A program made the translations under genes and the position numbers. This document shows positions 1 to 11,501 of a stretch of DNA of 64,000 nt, in pieces. This DNA is from Macrostomum lignano (taxonomy: Eukaryota). How positions within the stretch are numbered: position 1 is the first letter of the stretch; the number at the start of each line of letters is the position of its first letter. The stretch lies in the NCBI GenBank assembly GCA_002269645.1, contig NIVC01001516.1, positions 1 through 64,000 of the forward strand. The letters run 5' to 3'. Under the pieces are notes generated by a model. It made no database searches and was not told the origin of the DNA. It saw only the letters and a program-made list of their open reading frames with translations.

Positions 1-10
1 GGATTTCATT

Positions 11-180
11 TTGTTTCCGTTTCTTTTTTCTCCTCTCCTCTCTCATCTCCCCTCTCTCCTCTCTCCCCTCCTCTCTCCTCTCTCATCTCCCATCTCTCCT
101 CTCTCCCCTCCTCTCTCCTCTCTCTCTTCCTCTCTTCCTCTCTTCCTCTCACCTCTCCTCTCTTCTCTCTTCTTATCTCA
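11..180. repeat. CT-rich simple repeat
   Basis: Degenerate (CT)n/(CTC)n tract; ORF 11..214 is its artefact. Confidence 0.9.
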
Positions 181-1640
181 CCTGGCCCGCAGTCATGCGC
201 TATCTGACTATTAAGTTAAAAAAAGTTTGCCAACCCCTGTTTTAGAGCGAGGTAACTGCATAATTAAATTAAGGTCCAACTGAATTTAAAACCAACTTTA
301 TAATGTTGGAATGCACGGCGATTTAAAGGTTGGAATTTAAGCTTCGTTAGTCCCATTAGGTTATGTTTACTCTTTATTTCTAAGAGGGTTCGTACAGGCG
401 CGCGTAATCTGTCGGGGTGTGGAACGGCAAAATTGAAATGGCATGCTTTCCACAGTGAACTGGTTCGCAACGGAAATTCAAGGTGCTGCTGCACGTTTGC
501 ACATTTACAATCGTGCGCATTTCCAAGAAAATTTCTAGAATCTGCGACGCCTGAACTTCGATAGCCATAGGCTAAGATCTTTATCGGCAGATTTCACTAT
601 CTGCCTGGCTAACTAGTTGGCAACATACCTGATAAGTTCAAGCATAGTTTCATGCAGTTTATAAGCTTGATCGCACCGAGGCTTCGGGCCGAGAGCAATC
701 TCAAGAACTTATAAAGAAAGAAAGATTCGCCCAAATACCAAATTTCAGCTTAAAAGAAAACTATTAAATTTATCATTTATTTAACTGACAACGGAAGCAG
801 TGAAAGAAAGCATGCATCCTATCTGTGCTCATCTGCTTCCGTGCTGCTACCTTTGCTGCTGATTATATTCATAGGCAGCACTGCGGCTGCTTCAACTGGA
901 CGGAAGATTTCCTGGCGCCAAGCCAAAGGCCGGGTCAATTGCACAACTGATCGTGAGTCTTACTGTATAGCTAGGTGCTCTATCGAAATGCTATATACTA
1001 AAATAGAAAATTATTTAATTGGGTCCTTTAAAGAACCTGGACAAAGCAGAAGCACAGAATTTCATGAAACCAAAAGCTTCCACTATAAATAAAATATCGC
1101 CTGTTAACTTCGGTGAAATTATGACATAAACGTTTCCATCTATTCTATTAGAGATGAGTGAATATGAATTTATTCAGTATTCATACATATTCACTCAACA
1201 TTCCACAACGTAAAAGTCAAGACACCTAAAACACAAGCTATATTTAAAATCACTACATGCAGCTAACTATAAAAGGGACGCCAACTAAAGCGCCGGAACC
1301 GAAGTAAAGCTCTGGACTGAACCAAGCCGACCCAAATCTATTACTTCTCTGACCAGTCAACTAAAAACACTGAGAAACTACACCCCATCCGGGTGCTCTC
1401 TTTGTGCTTCCAAGTATTTACTCAGGAAGCTACTTAAGTTCTAAGTATAGACTCGTTCACACCGCCATCAAAATAAAGTCAATTTTAGCGAGATCACACA
1501 GATAATCCATACTTTTCGACGCTTTGTAGCTCGGACATCACTGGTTTAGTGATTTGTTCGATGTTGTGAATTAGTTTCACCAAACAATAACCTTGTCCAA
1601 CCAAGCATATTGACTCATCGGAACTCTACTCATTGACAGA

Positions 1641-2160
1641 ATGAACTCAGTAAAAACAAAATCATTATCTTATCGCCTCAAAAATTCAGCCAAGTATCTG
1701 TGCGGCCGAGTCAAATCGGTGCACGACGGCGACTCGTTGCGCATCATCCCGGAGACGAACGACGACGGCGACAGGGCGTCAGTTCGTGTCCGCCTGATGC
1801 AGATCGACGCGCCGGAGTTGAGCCAAGCTCACGGACGAGATTCTCGCAAAGCACTGGCCAGCAGGCTGCCGCGCGGTACCCGAGTCTGCGTGATCTCACC
1901 TGGTCGGGATTACTATCATCGAATACTTGGATTTGTCTGTCTAGCTAAAGACGACATCGCCTACCGGATGCTGGCCGAAGGACACGCCTGGTGCTACCAC
2001 AACACCTGCAACTTGCGGTACAAAGCAGCCACCAGCGCTGCCAGGGTCGCAGGGCTCGGTCCTGTGGACGCCCGGACAGACGCCAATGGCTCCGTGGGCT
2101 TATCGTCGGTTTCAGCGGAGACGCGCCAGAAAGCACCGACAGCAAGGAAAGAAAGAATGA
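1641..2160 (+). CDS. Thermonuclease / staphylococcal nuclease-like protein (stand-alone bacterial-type SNase), one +1 frameshift at ~2061
   Basis: SNase motifs VHDGDSL, VRLMQIDAPE, GRDYYHRILG, MLAEGHAW. Removing one C from ggt-cc-tgtgg (2058-2067) restores the typical C-terminus GLWTPGQTPMAPWAYRR, ending at TGA 2158-2160 (~172 aa). Intronless. Confidence 0.8.
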
Positions 2161-2718
2161 GGGGCAAGAGCTGGAATGCAACTGTAGCTTTTGGGATGAT
2201 GCCTTTGATTTACAGCTTCAATAATACAACAATAAAAACAATAAGGGTGATAGGAGCAATCGTGTGTCCTAATGAATTTCCATTTACCAACACGTAATAT
2301 GATATATGATTATTACACACCAAATCATGTTACGCTGAAGCAGTGTCTGACACTATTTTTTCGTGCATCGTAGTGAGTCCAGTGTCCAGCAGTAAACAAA
2401 CCAGCTCAATACGCTAAAAATAAAGAACTTCTAAAATTTAAAGCGCCCTATAATGTGTCTGTCTACTAAATAATGAGTTACTAAGTAGTATGTTACGCTA
2501 ATGTAGACAGATAAATTACGATCGAATTTCCGTTTTTCAACGCAATAGCATTCAAATAGCCTGACTTATTAATGATAGTATCAAACGATACTTTCTCCTT
2601 TTTTCGTTATTTTGAAAAGAACGATAGGGTACTCGACGGTACGCTCGTATGAGTAAATTAAAAGGGCAGTGGCAGTACTACTAGCGTAGGGAATATGGAT
2701 CGTTTCTTCTATCATTAC

Positions 2719-3025
2719 CTCTCTCTCTCTCAAGGTGCCATACATGTATCGACGGAGGACGTTGGCGATGGCGACCACAGTCTTCCACAAAGCACGGTCC
2801 ATTGAGGCGTGGAGTATTTCCAGTCTTGTTCATGTCATCCATTGAGACAGGTTCTTCAGAAATATTTTTCGTTGCCCTGCCTCCCATGGTCTCTTTTTCC
2901 TTCAATCTGCCCAGTCACTGACAGGCGTGACAGCTGCTCGATTCCTGTACCTTCTTCATAATAAGGCCAAAGGACTCCAACCTGCCGTCTCCTAATTTTC
3001 GCATCAACTTCCTTCTGCAATCAAC
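2719..3025 (-). mobile_element. 5'-truncated, decayed RTE-type LINE 3' end
   Basis: Minus-strand fragments KIRRRQ..EQLSRLSVTGQIEGKRDHGRQ..LKNLSQW..MDRALWKTVVAIANV..GT match the RTE ORF2 C-terminus; followed by a (GA)n tail at ~2719-2731. Confidence 0.7.
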
Positions 3026-3137
3026 AGGGGGAAAACCTCCAGAGGGAAAACTCGCTGCGGGAGAATATCGCTGCGGGAAAAGCACGCGAGGGCGAACCTC
3101 GGCGGGAAAACTTCCTGCGGGAAATTCTCATAGACCC
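3026..3137 (-). mobile_element. Single end of a foldback/MITE related to the 40170-40710 element
   Basis: Reverse complement begins GGGTCTATGAGAATTTCCCGC, like GGGTCCATGAGAATTGCCCGC at 40171, with repeated (t)cccgc subterminal motifs. Confidence 0.6.
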
Positions 3138-4094
3138 ACTGTATGCATCAGCCCCAGCCTCTAGCTCTTGCCCCAATTAGCTGATAGATGACGGCTGGGG
3201 GTGCATTATACGAGTATAATAATTGGAATAATTAAAGACAGCGTAGCATTTATATTTTTTCTGGTTTAAGATAGCGCCTGTATGCAACCCACTTCTTGCT
3301 ATGGCCTGTTTCCAAATTACTTTTTTTCTATTCTGTACAATCTCTCAAGGCTTGGCTGATTACTCTAGTGGATAGGCCACCGCAACACACCATGGCATAT
3401 AGCATACAGTGCAAATAGATCAGTGCTCAGTGCTGCTCAAAATTATCTGCTCCAACTCGTTTATACGTTTCTATTATACTCGAATTTAATTACTCTACGC
3501 TCGTATGTAGGTGTCCTTAGAGTGACCCTTTGCTCTATGCATGCTCACAGAGTTAGGAGAGGTGGTAGAGAACTCCGAGCTCTCAAGGCTTTTTGGATGC
3601 TTTTCTATAATGACCCTATAAGAGCTTATTACAATCTTGAGTTGCTGTCTCTGGCCTCCGCTCATTCAACCGTCTGTCAATCTTTCTCACAATATCTGCA
3701 AAACCTTTCATACTATAGCTCTATATTGAATATGCATTAAGCTGTGAAATCTCGCTCCAGCGCTTTTGAAAGGTGATGCAGCTGAGTTAAATACTCTGGC
3801 AAAAGCTGGATTTTTATCTTTGGAATCCGTTCTTTTTTGTCAATGCACATTTGTTAATCATTTTTTATTTGTATTGAAATTTGCTGCTTTTTTAATCCAT
3901 AATTGAATTATTAATTCCCGGATTTTGAAGAACAATTGCTACACATAACTGCTGATGAAGTGAGGTACTGGAAAAATAAGACAGGGATACAGGGCAATTC
4001 AGGCGGAGGTGCAGGCAGGGGAAATGAGACGGAGACAGACAGGGTGTTAGAGAGAGGGTACTTGTTTTGAGGAGAGTTCTGATGTGAGTTGTGA

Positions 4095-4160
4095 TCCCGG
4101 GATTCTCGGGATCAGGATATCCCGGACTTTGCCAATCCAGGGATCCCGACGAATTGGGCC
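4095..4160 (-). repeat. CCCGGGA-rich dispersed repeat fragment, inverted copy of ~5141-5206
   Basis: ~66 bp, 3 mismatches to the reverse complement of ~5141-5206. Confidence 0.75.
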
Positions 4161-5236
4161 TACCGCTGAGCTGAGCTACCGGCACTTGTCAGGTGAAAAT
4201 CGTAATCGTGCTTTGATTTATTAATCTTTTAATCATGCAGGCTAGTGAGAAGGCTATAGGGCTGCAGGGATATAAAACTGAAGCTGTTGGCAGATCGTAA
4301 GATTTCAGGTGTAATAATGTACGTGCAACTATATGCATAAGTACTCGCAGACTAATGTAATTATTATTCCAAAACCTGTACACAGAGCCTAAAGCAATAG
4401 AAGCCAATTATGCTGGTGAACGCAGCATTCAGCAAGGCGATTCCTCATTGTTTCCGATCACAGCGCTGGCGCTTGCCAGACGGGAGTCAAATAATTTTTC
4501 ATTTGAACTCTCCCACTATCTCAAACCCAGCTAAAATCAGGGCCCAGGGGGTCTCGACTCTCGACCTTGCGCAGATCAGAAGCCCCCTCTATGCGAAAGA
4601 CATTCTCAGCACTGTCAGGATACCCAATTTAGATGCCCAGCACATAGGAAGTGGTGGCAGAACTACATGTACTTAAAGCAGTCCCTACTTTCAAAACTCC
4701 TTGGCCGTAGTTGGGATTAGAATAGTGCGACCTTGCTATCGGACCACTCACCCACAACCCAAGCTACATGTATACCAATTCTCCATCTATAGGGCGGGTG
4801 CCCCTGGGAGGGTGAGGTCTGATCCCCTTCTAACCTGGTATCCAGCAGTACCTCAGGCCATACGTGTATAGCTCTGTATAAGCTATCATTCCCCAGGTTG
4901 CATCACAGGCATGAAGTGTGATTTTCATGAGCTGAATGTAAAAATGTGCGTCTATTGCGCCAGCCCGTACATCACACACACTCCAATTCAGAGCTCACTG
5001 TCAGTTTCTTCTTTGCAAAATATTTTATTCTGTTCTACTTTGTTATTGAAAGCCCCTTAAACGATGGTTCGCCTTCGACAGCCAAAATTGCACCAACAAA
5101 GATTAGAAACTTTTTCAATTCCGGGATCCGGGGGTCCCGGCCTAATTGGTCGGGATCCCGGGATTGGCAAAGTCCGGGATATCCTGATCCCGAGAATCCC
5201 GGGATTGGCAAAACTCTCCTACATATTACTATCAAG

Positions 5237-6038
5237 TAGGGATGTCGATTCCCCGGGGAATTTTCTTATCGGGGACCCCGGGGAATTTACTGTCGTTCCC
5301 CGGGGACCCCGAGGAAAAGAAAAAATAAGTAAAAAACGGCGGATAACTTTTAAGTGGAATTTTTTAACTTTGATTTAAGCTTTGGACTACGTGTTCAAGG
5401 CGCAAGGGTAAAAACTCTAAAAAATGTTTATTTAAAACTGCATTTGACAACGTGGCATCACCAAATCGTGCGCGCACCTTTGTCAGAAAGAGTCCAGACT
5501 CCGGAGGCGGAAAATGCATGCTCAGCAGCTGCGCTCGTGGGAGGATAATTAATGAATGAGACTGCTGTTATAATCGGAATTTTTATTTCTGCGATAAATC
5601 ACCATTTTGTCCTTGTCTAATATGGAGTATTTTTTTATTGTATGACACCCCCTATGCGTCAGTGACTGACGCAGGACGCAGCGCTGTGCCTGCGTCAAAT
5701 GCGTCAAGCCGTCAACGCAGACCAACACAATAGTCAGTAAGGCTTCTTTTTCCTGACGGGTTTCTACGTGCAATTTGCTTGATTGAAAGACTAATAGTAA
5801 AAAAACATTTAAACGTGTGTTGTGTTTGAAATAATACATTGAAATAAGCAGTTTTGCCGTAAAAAAGCATAGACAGAGTTTCAATCAGCTTTCAGTGAAT
5901 CATTTTCTTATTTTAATGGCAAAAAATAAGTTAAAAATGCATTTTTTCTTCCCGGGGTCCCCGGTCCAACTCCCCGGGGAGTATTCCCCAACAAGCTCCC
6001 CTGGGCCCCGGGGAGCACTCCCCGGGGTCGACATCCCT
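5237..6038. mobile_element. hAT-type MITE (802 bp) nested in an older CCCGGGA-rich element
   Basis: Perfect 12-bp TIR TAGGGATGTCGA; perfect 8-bp TSD CTATCAAG (5229-5236 / 6039-6046). The host element end GGGATTGCAATCCCTA is at 6207-6222. Confidence 0.9.
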
Positions 6039-7629
6039 ACTATCAAGACTAAGAAATGTCCTTCAAGACTCGGTCGAATGTTGATGGACTGATGCAAAAA
6101 TAATGCTCTGGAATTTGTAGCAAGCATTTGCAGCAAGCAAACTCGTAAAACGGAAGCAATATTGCAAAATTGAACACAAAAATTTGTCCCGGGATTCGGC
6201 ACTCCTGGGATTGCAATCCCTAGACACAAGATACAACGTACCAATACCATTACCAACTACCAGGCTACCAGATTACTTAAGACTAAAACTTAAATGAGAG
6301 GCGAGAGCTAGCAGGCAGCAGCCTAGCCCTAGTAGCGGACACTGAGCGAAACCGTGGCAGAAACGGGTGGGTCAGTGTCAGTAGGTGGCCAAACGAAGGG
6401 TGGGTGGGTGAATTTGTGGGCGCCGGGACAAGTGCTGCTGCTATCGAAAACAAAACTCAGTCCAAGGCGCATCCACCGGTAAGGGTCACCCAGCCCCTCT
6501 CTCCAATCTGAAAGGAAAACAAAACCAAAGAGCGGCAATGCCTGACTTGAGGGTGTGTATGTACAACGATGTACGTTAATTCCAGCCCGGCGGAAAAACT
6601 CACACTTCGATCCGGACCGCCTAATTGGTCAGTTGGATGGTGGGGTGCTCGCTGGGGTGTTGGGGTGAGGGGTGCTTCTCCAGACAGTCCCCCTCAAGTT
6701 AGGCCGAAAACCCTGCTTGCTATGGCTTGAAGCTTGAAATTAGGTTTGGGTTGATAAAGAGGTGGTGGAGGTCTTAAAAGCGCGCCCGTGTTGTATTAAA
6801 CGTCTCTGCTTGTTATATAGTGAGTCATTTTAGTTTCTCGCTGTACATAGCGGCACTGGCCCCTTCCTCCCCCAGCCCTCTGCTAGCATTCAGTTCATTC
6901 TCTCTTTTTAATTCAATCTGGGGGGGGGGGACGGGCCCTCACCCACCCGACACAAGCGCATAAAAGTAAAGCAGAGGGCACGCCTTCGTTTTACTGTCTT
7001 ACTCGCTCTGCGTTGCACGTAGAACCAGCGCGGTCATCCAGAGAGATAGCGCAGCACAAGGTAAGACGAAGAATCAGAAAAGCTTTAACCGGTTAATCAG
7101 TAATACTGCAACAAAGACGCTTTCGAAGCCTGGTTTGTTGCCTGTGTTGCGGGTTGAGTTATGACAAGCTTATTCAGGACTCGATTGTACTGCCTCCCCC
7201 TATTTATCACTTAAATTAATCTCTGGTTTGTGCGGGAGTACCCGTCTAGAGCATGCCGATCTGATGTTGAAAAACGATCTGCGTTCATGACTAGATTGCT
7301 ACTCCTTAACAACCTTGGATTGTGCAACGGATTGTTTATTTAGCATTACGCAAATTTGATTTGATTCACGACTGTTCCATGATTTATGATCATATTGTGT
7401 TCCATGTTGCTCTTTGTGTTGTGTTACTGTTCATTGTTCATTCCTCATCCTGTTCTTGAAATATTTGAAGGCTATAAAAGTTTATCTAGGATTAGAAAGT
7501 TATCCAGTTATCCTGCTAAAAAATTAGAATCGGTCAAAATGTGAAGCTGCTCTGTTGATTGAAACATTAACCTTATGGTTAGACACAACTTCATAGAAAT
7601 AGTATATTGTGGACTTGTGGTCGCTTTTA

Positions 7630-7695
7630 ACTCCGAACTACCCTCCTTTTACCCTCCGAAATCCGCCCCCCAACTAATTTCTGGTTGCGCTACTG
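7630..7695 (-). mobile_element. Partial copy (one end) of the CAGT(A/G)GCGCAACC MITE family
   Basis: Reverse complement similar to 8452-8530, ending GGTTGCGCTACTG at 7683-7695. Confidence 0.65.
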
Positions 7696-8451
7696 ACAAT
7701 TAATAAGAAACCAGAGTATTGAAGTCTACGTCCTGCGTCCCACCTACAGTCGGCCACTCTTGATCAGTTATTTATTCAGCTTCTTTAAATATCAGACTCG
7801 AAGTTGCTAGCACTGCTACTTCGAGTACTATGTGATAACTTGGAGCTTGAAATATTTCGACAAAAAAACGAACAAATAAATACAAAAGATATTTCAGTGA
7901 ACATTAATTCAGCCTTGAAAGCTGTGAATTTATCTTGTACTTGTGCTTGGCTCACTGTCACCAAAAAATATTGAAGCGCATACTGCATGTGCATGCAGAA
8001 CACGCTTGCGCATTATAATAAAAAATAAACATCAGAAAAATTCTGGCCACTGTCCAGGAAACGCAGCCCGAGATCTGGAATTGACACCCCCTCCAGACAA
8101 AAAAATGCTGGGCAAGATATTGAAGATCTTCACAGAATTCTCGATTACTTTCAAACAGCGATTAAATCTATCTGGGATCTGGCCAACTTGTTCTCACTGC
8201 AAAGGTGGGTAGCTTTTCACAATTCATGAAATTTTATCATCATTGTAAAGTTGGGATGGCAGACTATAACTTTATTCCTTAAAAAGTATTTTTAATAGTT
8301 TAACTGACTTTTTTAGGAAAGTGCAGCTCCATCAAATGACATCGAGTTTCTTTCACACGCGTTCAGATTCGGAATTAGAAACGCAGTATAATCCCAATTC
8401 TGGTAGCCCCAATTCTCAAGAATTCCAGAATCGATCTTACTGTACAGTTTT

Positions 8452-8693
8452 CAGTAGCGCAACCTGAAATTTGTTGAGGGGGCGGATTCTGGAGGGTAAA
8501 GACCCGAGGGGGGCGGATTCTGGAGGGTAAAGACCCGAGGGGGCGGATTCTGGAGGGTAAAGAGCAAAGACCCGAGGGAGCGGAGGGTTTGGCTCTGTTT
8601 TTGGCGAAAATTCACTTGGTTCCCCTTTTGATTTTTTCAGGTCTCAGCCTAAAGGGGGGGGGGGGGGGGCGCCCCCCTCTGGTTGCGCCACTG
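8452..8693. mobile_element. hAT-type MITE (242 bp)
   Basis: TIR CAGTAGCGCAACC / GGTTGCGCCACTG; 8-bp TSD ACAGTTTT (8444-8451 / 8694-8701); internal ~30-bp tandem repeats. Confidence 0.9.
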
Positions 8694-8957
8694 ACAGTTT
8701 TCCCAGTTCATCAAACTTTAATCGATTGGGAAGAAGTCATTCAGCTTAAAACAAGCCAAATTCATACAAACCTAACGTTTGTCCAGTCAGGTTAGTCTGC
8801 TTCGGCCAAATTGTTTGGAAAGAGTGTCATTTCCATGTTTCCAGTATTCTCTGAACTCTCTTAGAAATGATTCAATTCGAAGATAAAAAATGAACACTGT
8901 GCCCAGCCCGGTGAAAATAATTTTCTGTTATTGTTAAAAAAGTAACATTGTCCAGTT

Positions 8958-11501
8958 CTAAGAAGCGTCGACTCGATTTCGGCACCACTTTGTCCACATC
9001 TTTTTTATTTGTTGTTGATTCGCTTCGCTGTCGGATTCAGGGCTGGAGCTTTGGCTGCTGCTGATGTAGTCCAACTCAAATTCATCAGGCGTAGCTGATC
9101 TGAACGTTTTGTTGTCTCGACTGTCCACCATCTCGTTGGTATTGTGATTGGTAGGAATTGTGTCAGCGGCAGGAAAATTTGACCTACCTGCAGATGTAGA
9201 CGGTGCAGTCCGTTCGCGTGGCAGCTCTGCGCAACTTCCTGTGTCTACGTGTACCTCAATAGGAGAAGCAGAGCTGCTTTCATCCGTCTGTTTATCTTCA
9301 TCGCAGTCGGAAACTAAAATACTTCCAACTTCCATAGTTGCGCCGTTTAAGTTGTGAATGTAACTATTATTTAACACGGTGGTTGGGTCTGTAAAAAGTA
9401 GTTCCCTTCTGTCTTTTGGATTGTCACAAGTCGTATGATTCGCAGCGGCAGCTGCTGGTTGACTACTTTGCCGATAGCTATTATTAAAGGCATCAAATTC
9501 AGCGGAAACTCCAAACTTAATTAGGTCTGCATCATCAAGTTCGTTGTCAACCGGCGCAGTTTGTGAGTCGATGACGAATGAAAAGCCTGCGTCATTATTA
9601 TTACTGGCGGAACTGCGGGACGAAAGCTTTTCCTCTCTAGAACCTAGCACTTCAAATATGACGCGTCCACTGTCTTCGGTAGTTACATGTACCTCTTCTG
9701 GTTGGGCAGTCTTGTTTGCTGCAGAAAAGTTGACCCGGTCTTGCTTCTCCTCATGGGCAGTTTTGTTTGCAGCAGAAAAGTTGATCAGCTGGTCTTGCCT
9801 CTCCTCATGGGCAGTTTTGTTTGCTGCAGAAAAGTCGATCAGATCTTGCTTCTCCTCATGGGCAGTTTTGTTTGCGGCAGAAAAGTCGATCAGGTCTTGC
9901 CTCTCCTCATGGGCAGTTTTGTTTGCAGCAGAAAAGTTGATCAGCTGGTCTTGCCTCTCCTCATGGGCAGTTTTGTTTGCAGCAGTAAAGTTGATCAGCT
10001 GGTCTTGCCTCTCCTTATGGGCAGTTTTGTTCGCAGCAGTAAAGTTGATCAGCTGGTCATGCCTCTCCTTATGGGCAGTTTTGTTTGCAGCAGAAAAGTT
10101 GATCAGCTGGTCTTGCCTCTCCTCATGGGCAGTTTTGTTTGCTGCAGAAAAGTCGATCAGATCTTGCTTCTCCTCATGGGCAGTTTTGTTTGCGGCAGAA
10201 AAGTCGATCAGGTCTTGCCTCTCCTCATGGGCAGTTTTGTTTGCGGCAGAAAAGGCGATCAGGTCTTGCCTCTCCTCATGTGCAGTTTTGTTTGCTGCAG
10301 AGAAGTCGATCAGATCTTGCTTCTCCTTATGGGCAGTTTTGTTTGCGGCAGAAAAGTCGATCAGGTCTTGCCTCTCCTCATGGACAGTTTTGTTTGCAGC
10401 AGTAAAGTTGATCAGCTGGTCTTGCTTCTCCTCATGGGCAGTTTTGTTTGCGGCAGAAAAGGCGATCAGGTCTTGCCTCTCCTCATGTGCAGTTTTGTTT
10501 GCTGCAGAGAAGTCGATCAGGTCTTGCCTCTCCTCCATTTCGTACACATAGCTGTCGCTGTCATCGTCATCATGATCTAGTGATCCTCCTGATACATGGA
10601 ATTCGTGTATTTTCGCGGCACTGCTGCTACTAGACTCCTCAGCGATTTTACTGAGCATGAACTCGCGTCCATCTTCATCTCCCTGCCTTGTCACTTCAAG
10701 TGCTTGTACACGAGGAAAGTGACAATCAGCTGTGCAAACACGGCCAGGGCCTTCTATAGTGGGCGTAAAGCTGAACGTATGGTTAATAGGCATATCTATG
10801 GATATTTCGCTCTGCATTGCGACATCAAAGGCGATCACGAAGCACTTTCCAATATCATCGACCTCGTCGGAATAAACCATCACGTCAGATTCCAAGGCTG
10901 GATGAATATTGTTGTCCATTTCAGTTACCTTGCAGCTGTGAAGTGAGGCTTCGGAGTTGCTGTAAGAGTCTTCCGATTCGACTGCGTCAGTAGACAGTAC
11001 ATGAAACGATTCTGTTGTTTCTCTTCTAATTCGCTTTGGAATTCCTGAGCTGGAGTTGTGCAACCGAGACAGCGCAGACCGCGTTGTTGCTGTCGACGAG
11101 CCATCTTCCGTTTCTGGTGTCTCCCAGTCGCCGCTCGCTTGTTCCGTCAACTCCGGTAGTTGAAAATCAATTTGTTCAACGCCGCCATGCGGCTGCCTGA
11201 ACAGATCTCGAATTCTCCCGGCAGGATGTTGCCGCTGATACACGCTGACTGGCGCAGGCTTAGCGACGAATTTATTGGCGGTGTTAAACTGACTGTCAGC
11301 TTGATTTTCGCTATCTGTCTCTTCAGTCGAGCAGCTACCGTCGATTAGTACAGGTGACCATTCACAGGTGCTCTCATAGCATTCTGTCGTAGTTTCCATT
11401 ACAACTCTAGCGGCTCTAACTGAGCTGGCTTGAGAGGCTGTAGTAGAATTTTCGCTAAAGTCGCGCGAGTGCGAAATTTTTGATGCTGTAATTTGCCGCA
11501 T
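8958..11501 (-). CDS. 847-aa acidic, Ser-rich, likely disordered protein with 16 tandem 17/18-aa repeats (EERQDLIDFSAANKTAH)
   Basis: 2.5-kb stop-free ORF with long non-repetitive flanks; repeat-unit length variation is 51/54 bp (frame-preserving). No signal peptide and no recognisable domain. Confidence 0.7.
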   Translation of the reverse strand: MRQITASKISHSRDFSENSTTASQASSVRAARVVMETTTECYESTCEWSPVLIDGSCSTEETDSENQADSQFNTANKFVAKPAPVSVYQRQHPAGRIRDLFRQPHGGVEQIDFQLPELTEQASGDWETPETEDGSSTATTRSALSRLHNSSSGIPKRIRRETTESFHVLSTDAVESEDSYSNSEASLHSCKVTEMDNNIHPALESDVMVYSDEVDDIGKCFVIAFDVAMQSEISIDMPINHTFSFTPTIEGPGRVCTADCHFPRVQALEVTRQGDEDGREFMLSKIAEESSSSSAAKIHEFHVSGGSLDHDDDDSDSYVYEMEERQDLIDFSAANKTAHEERQDLIAFSAANKTAHEEKQDQLINFTAANKTVHEERQDLIDFSAANKTAHKEKQDLIDFSAANKTAHEERQDLIAFSAANKTAHEERQDLIDFSAANKTAHEEKQDLIDFSAANKTAHEERQDQLINFSAANKTAHKERHDQLINFTAANKTAHKERQDQLINFTAANKTAHEERQDQLINFSAANKTAHEERQDLIDFSAANKTAHEEKQDLIDFSAANKTAHEERQDQLINFSAANKTAHEEKQDRVNFSAANKTAQPEEVHVTTEDSGRVIFEVLGSREEKLSSRSSASNNNDAGFSFVIDSQTAPVDNELDDADLIKFGVSAEFDAFNNSYRQSSQPAAAAANHTTCDNPKDRRELLFTDPTTVLNNSYIHNLNGATMEVGSILVSDCDEDKQTDESSSASPIEVHVDTGSCAELPRERTAPSTSAGRSNFPAADTIPTNHNTNEMVDSRDNKTFRSATPDEFELDYISSSQSSSPESDSEANQQQIKKMWTKWCRNRVDAS
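9700..10537 (-). repeat. Coding minisatellite, 51/54-bp unit x16
   Basis: Units such as gggcagttttgtttgcggcagaaaagtcgatcaggtcttgcctctcctcat, counted from the translation. Confidence 0.95.

Noticed and set aside
841-1092. 83-aa ORF with a signal-peptide-like N-terminus
   Set aside because: GTG start, AT-rich tail and no recognisable domain; likely chance.
3420-3800. Possible second decayed RTE 3' fragment on the minus strand
   Set aside because: Only faint motif resemblance through many stops; cannot be supported.
9700-10537. N-glycosylation sequon NKT in every repeat (mucin-like idea)
   Set aside because: No signal peptide or TM segment is visible, so the protein is probably cytosolic.
9148-10946. 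Plus-strand ORFs (335 aa, 297 aa and others) over the repeat gene
   Set aside because: Antisense shadows of the coding minisatellite.
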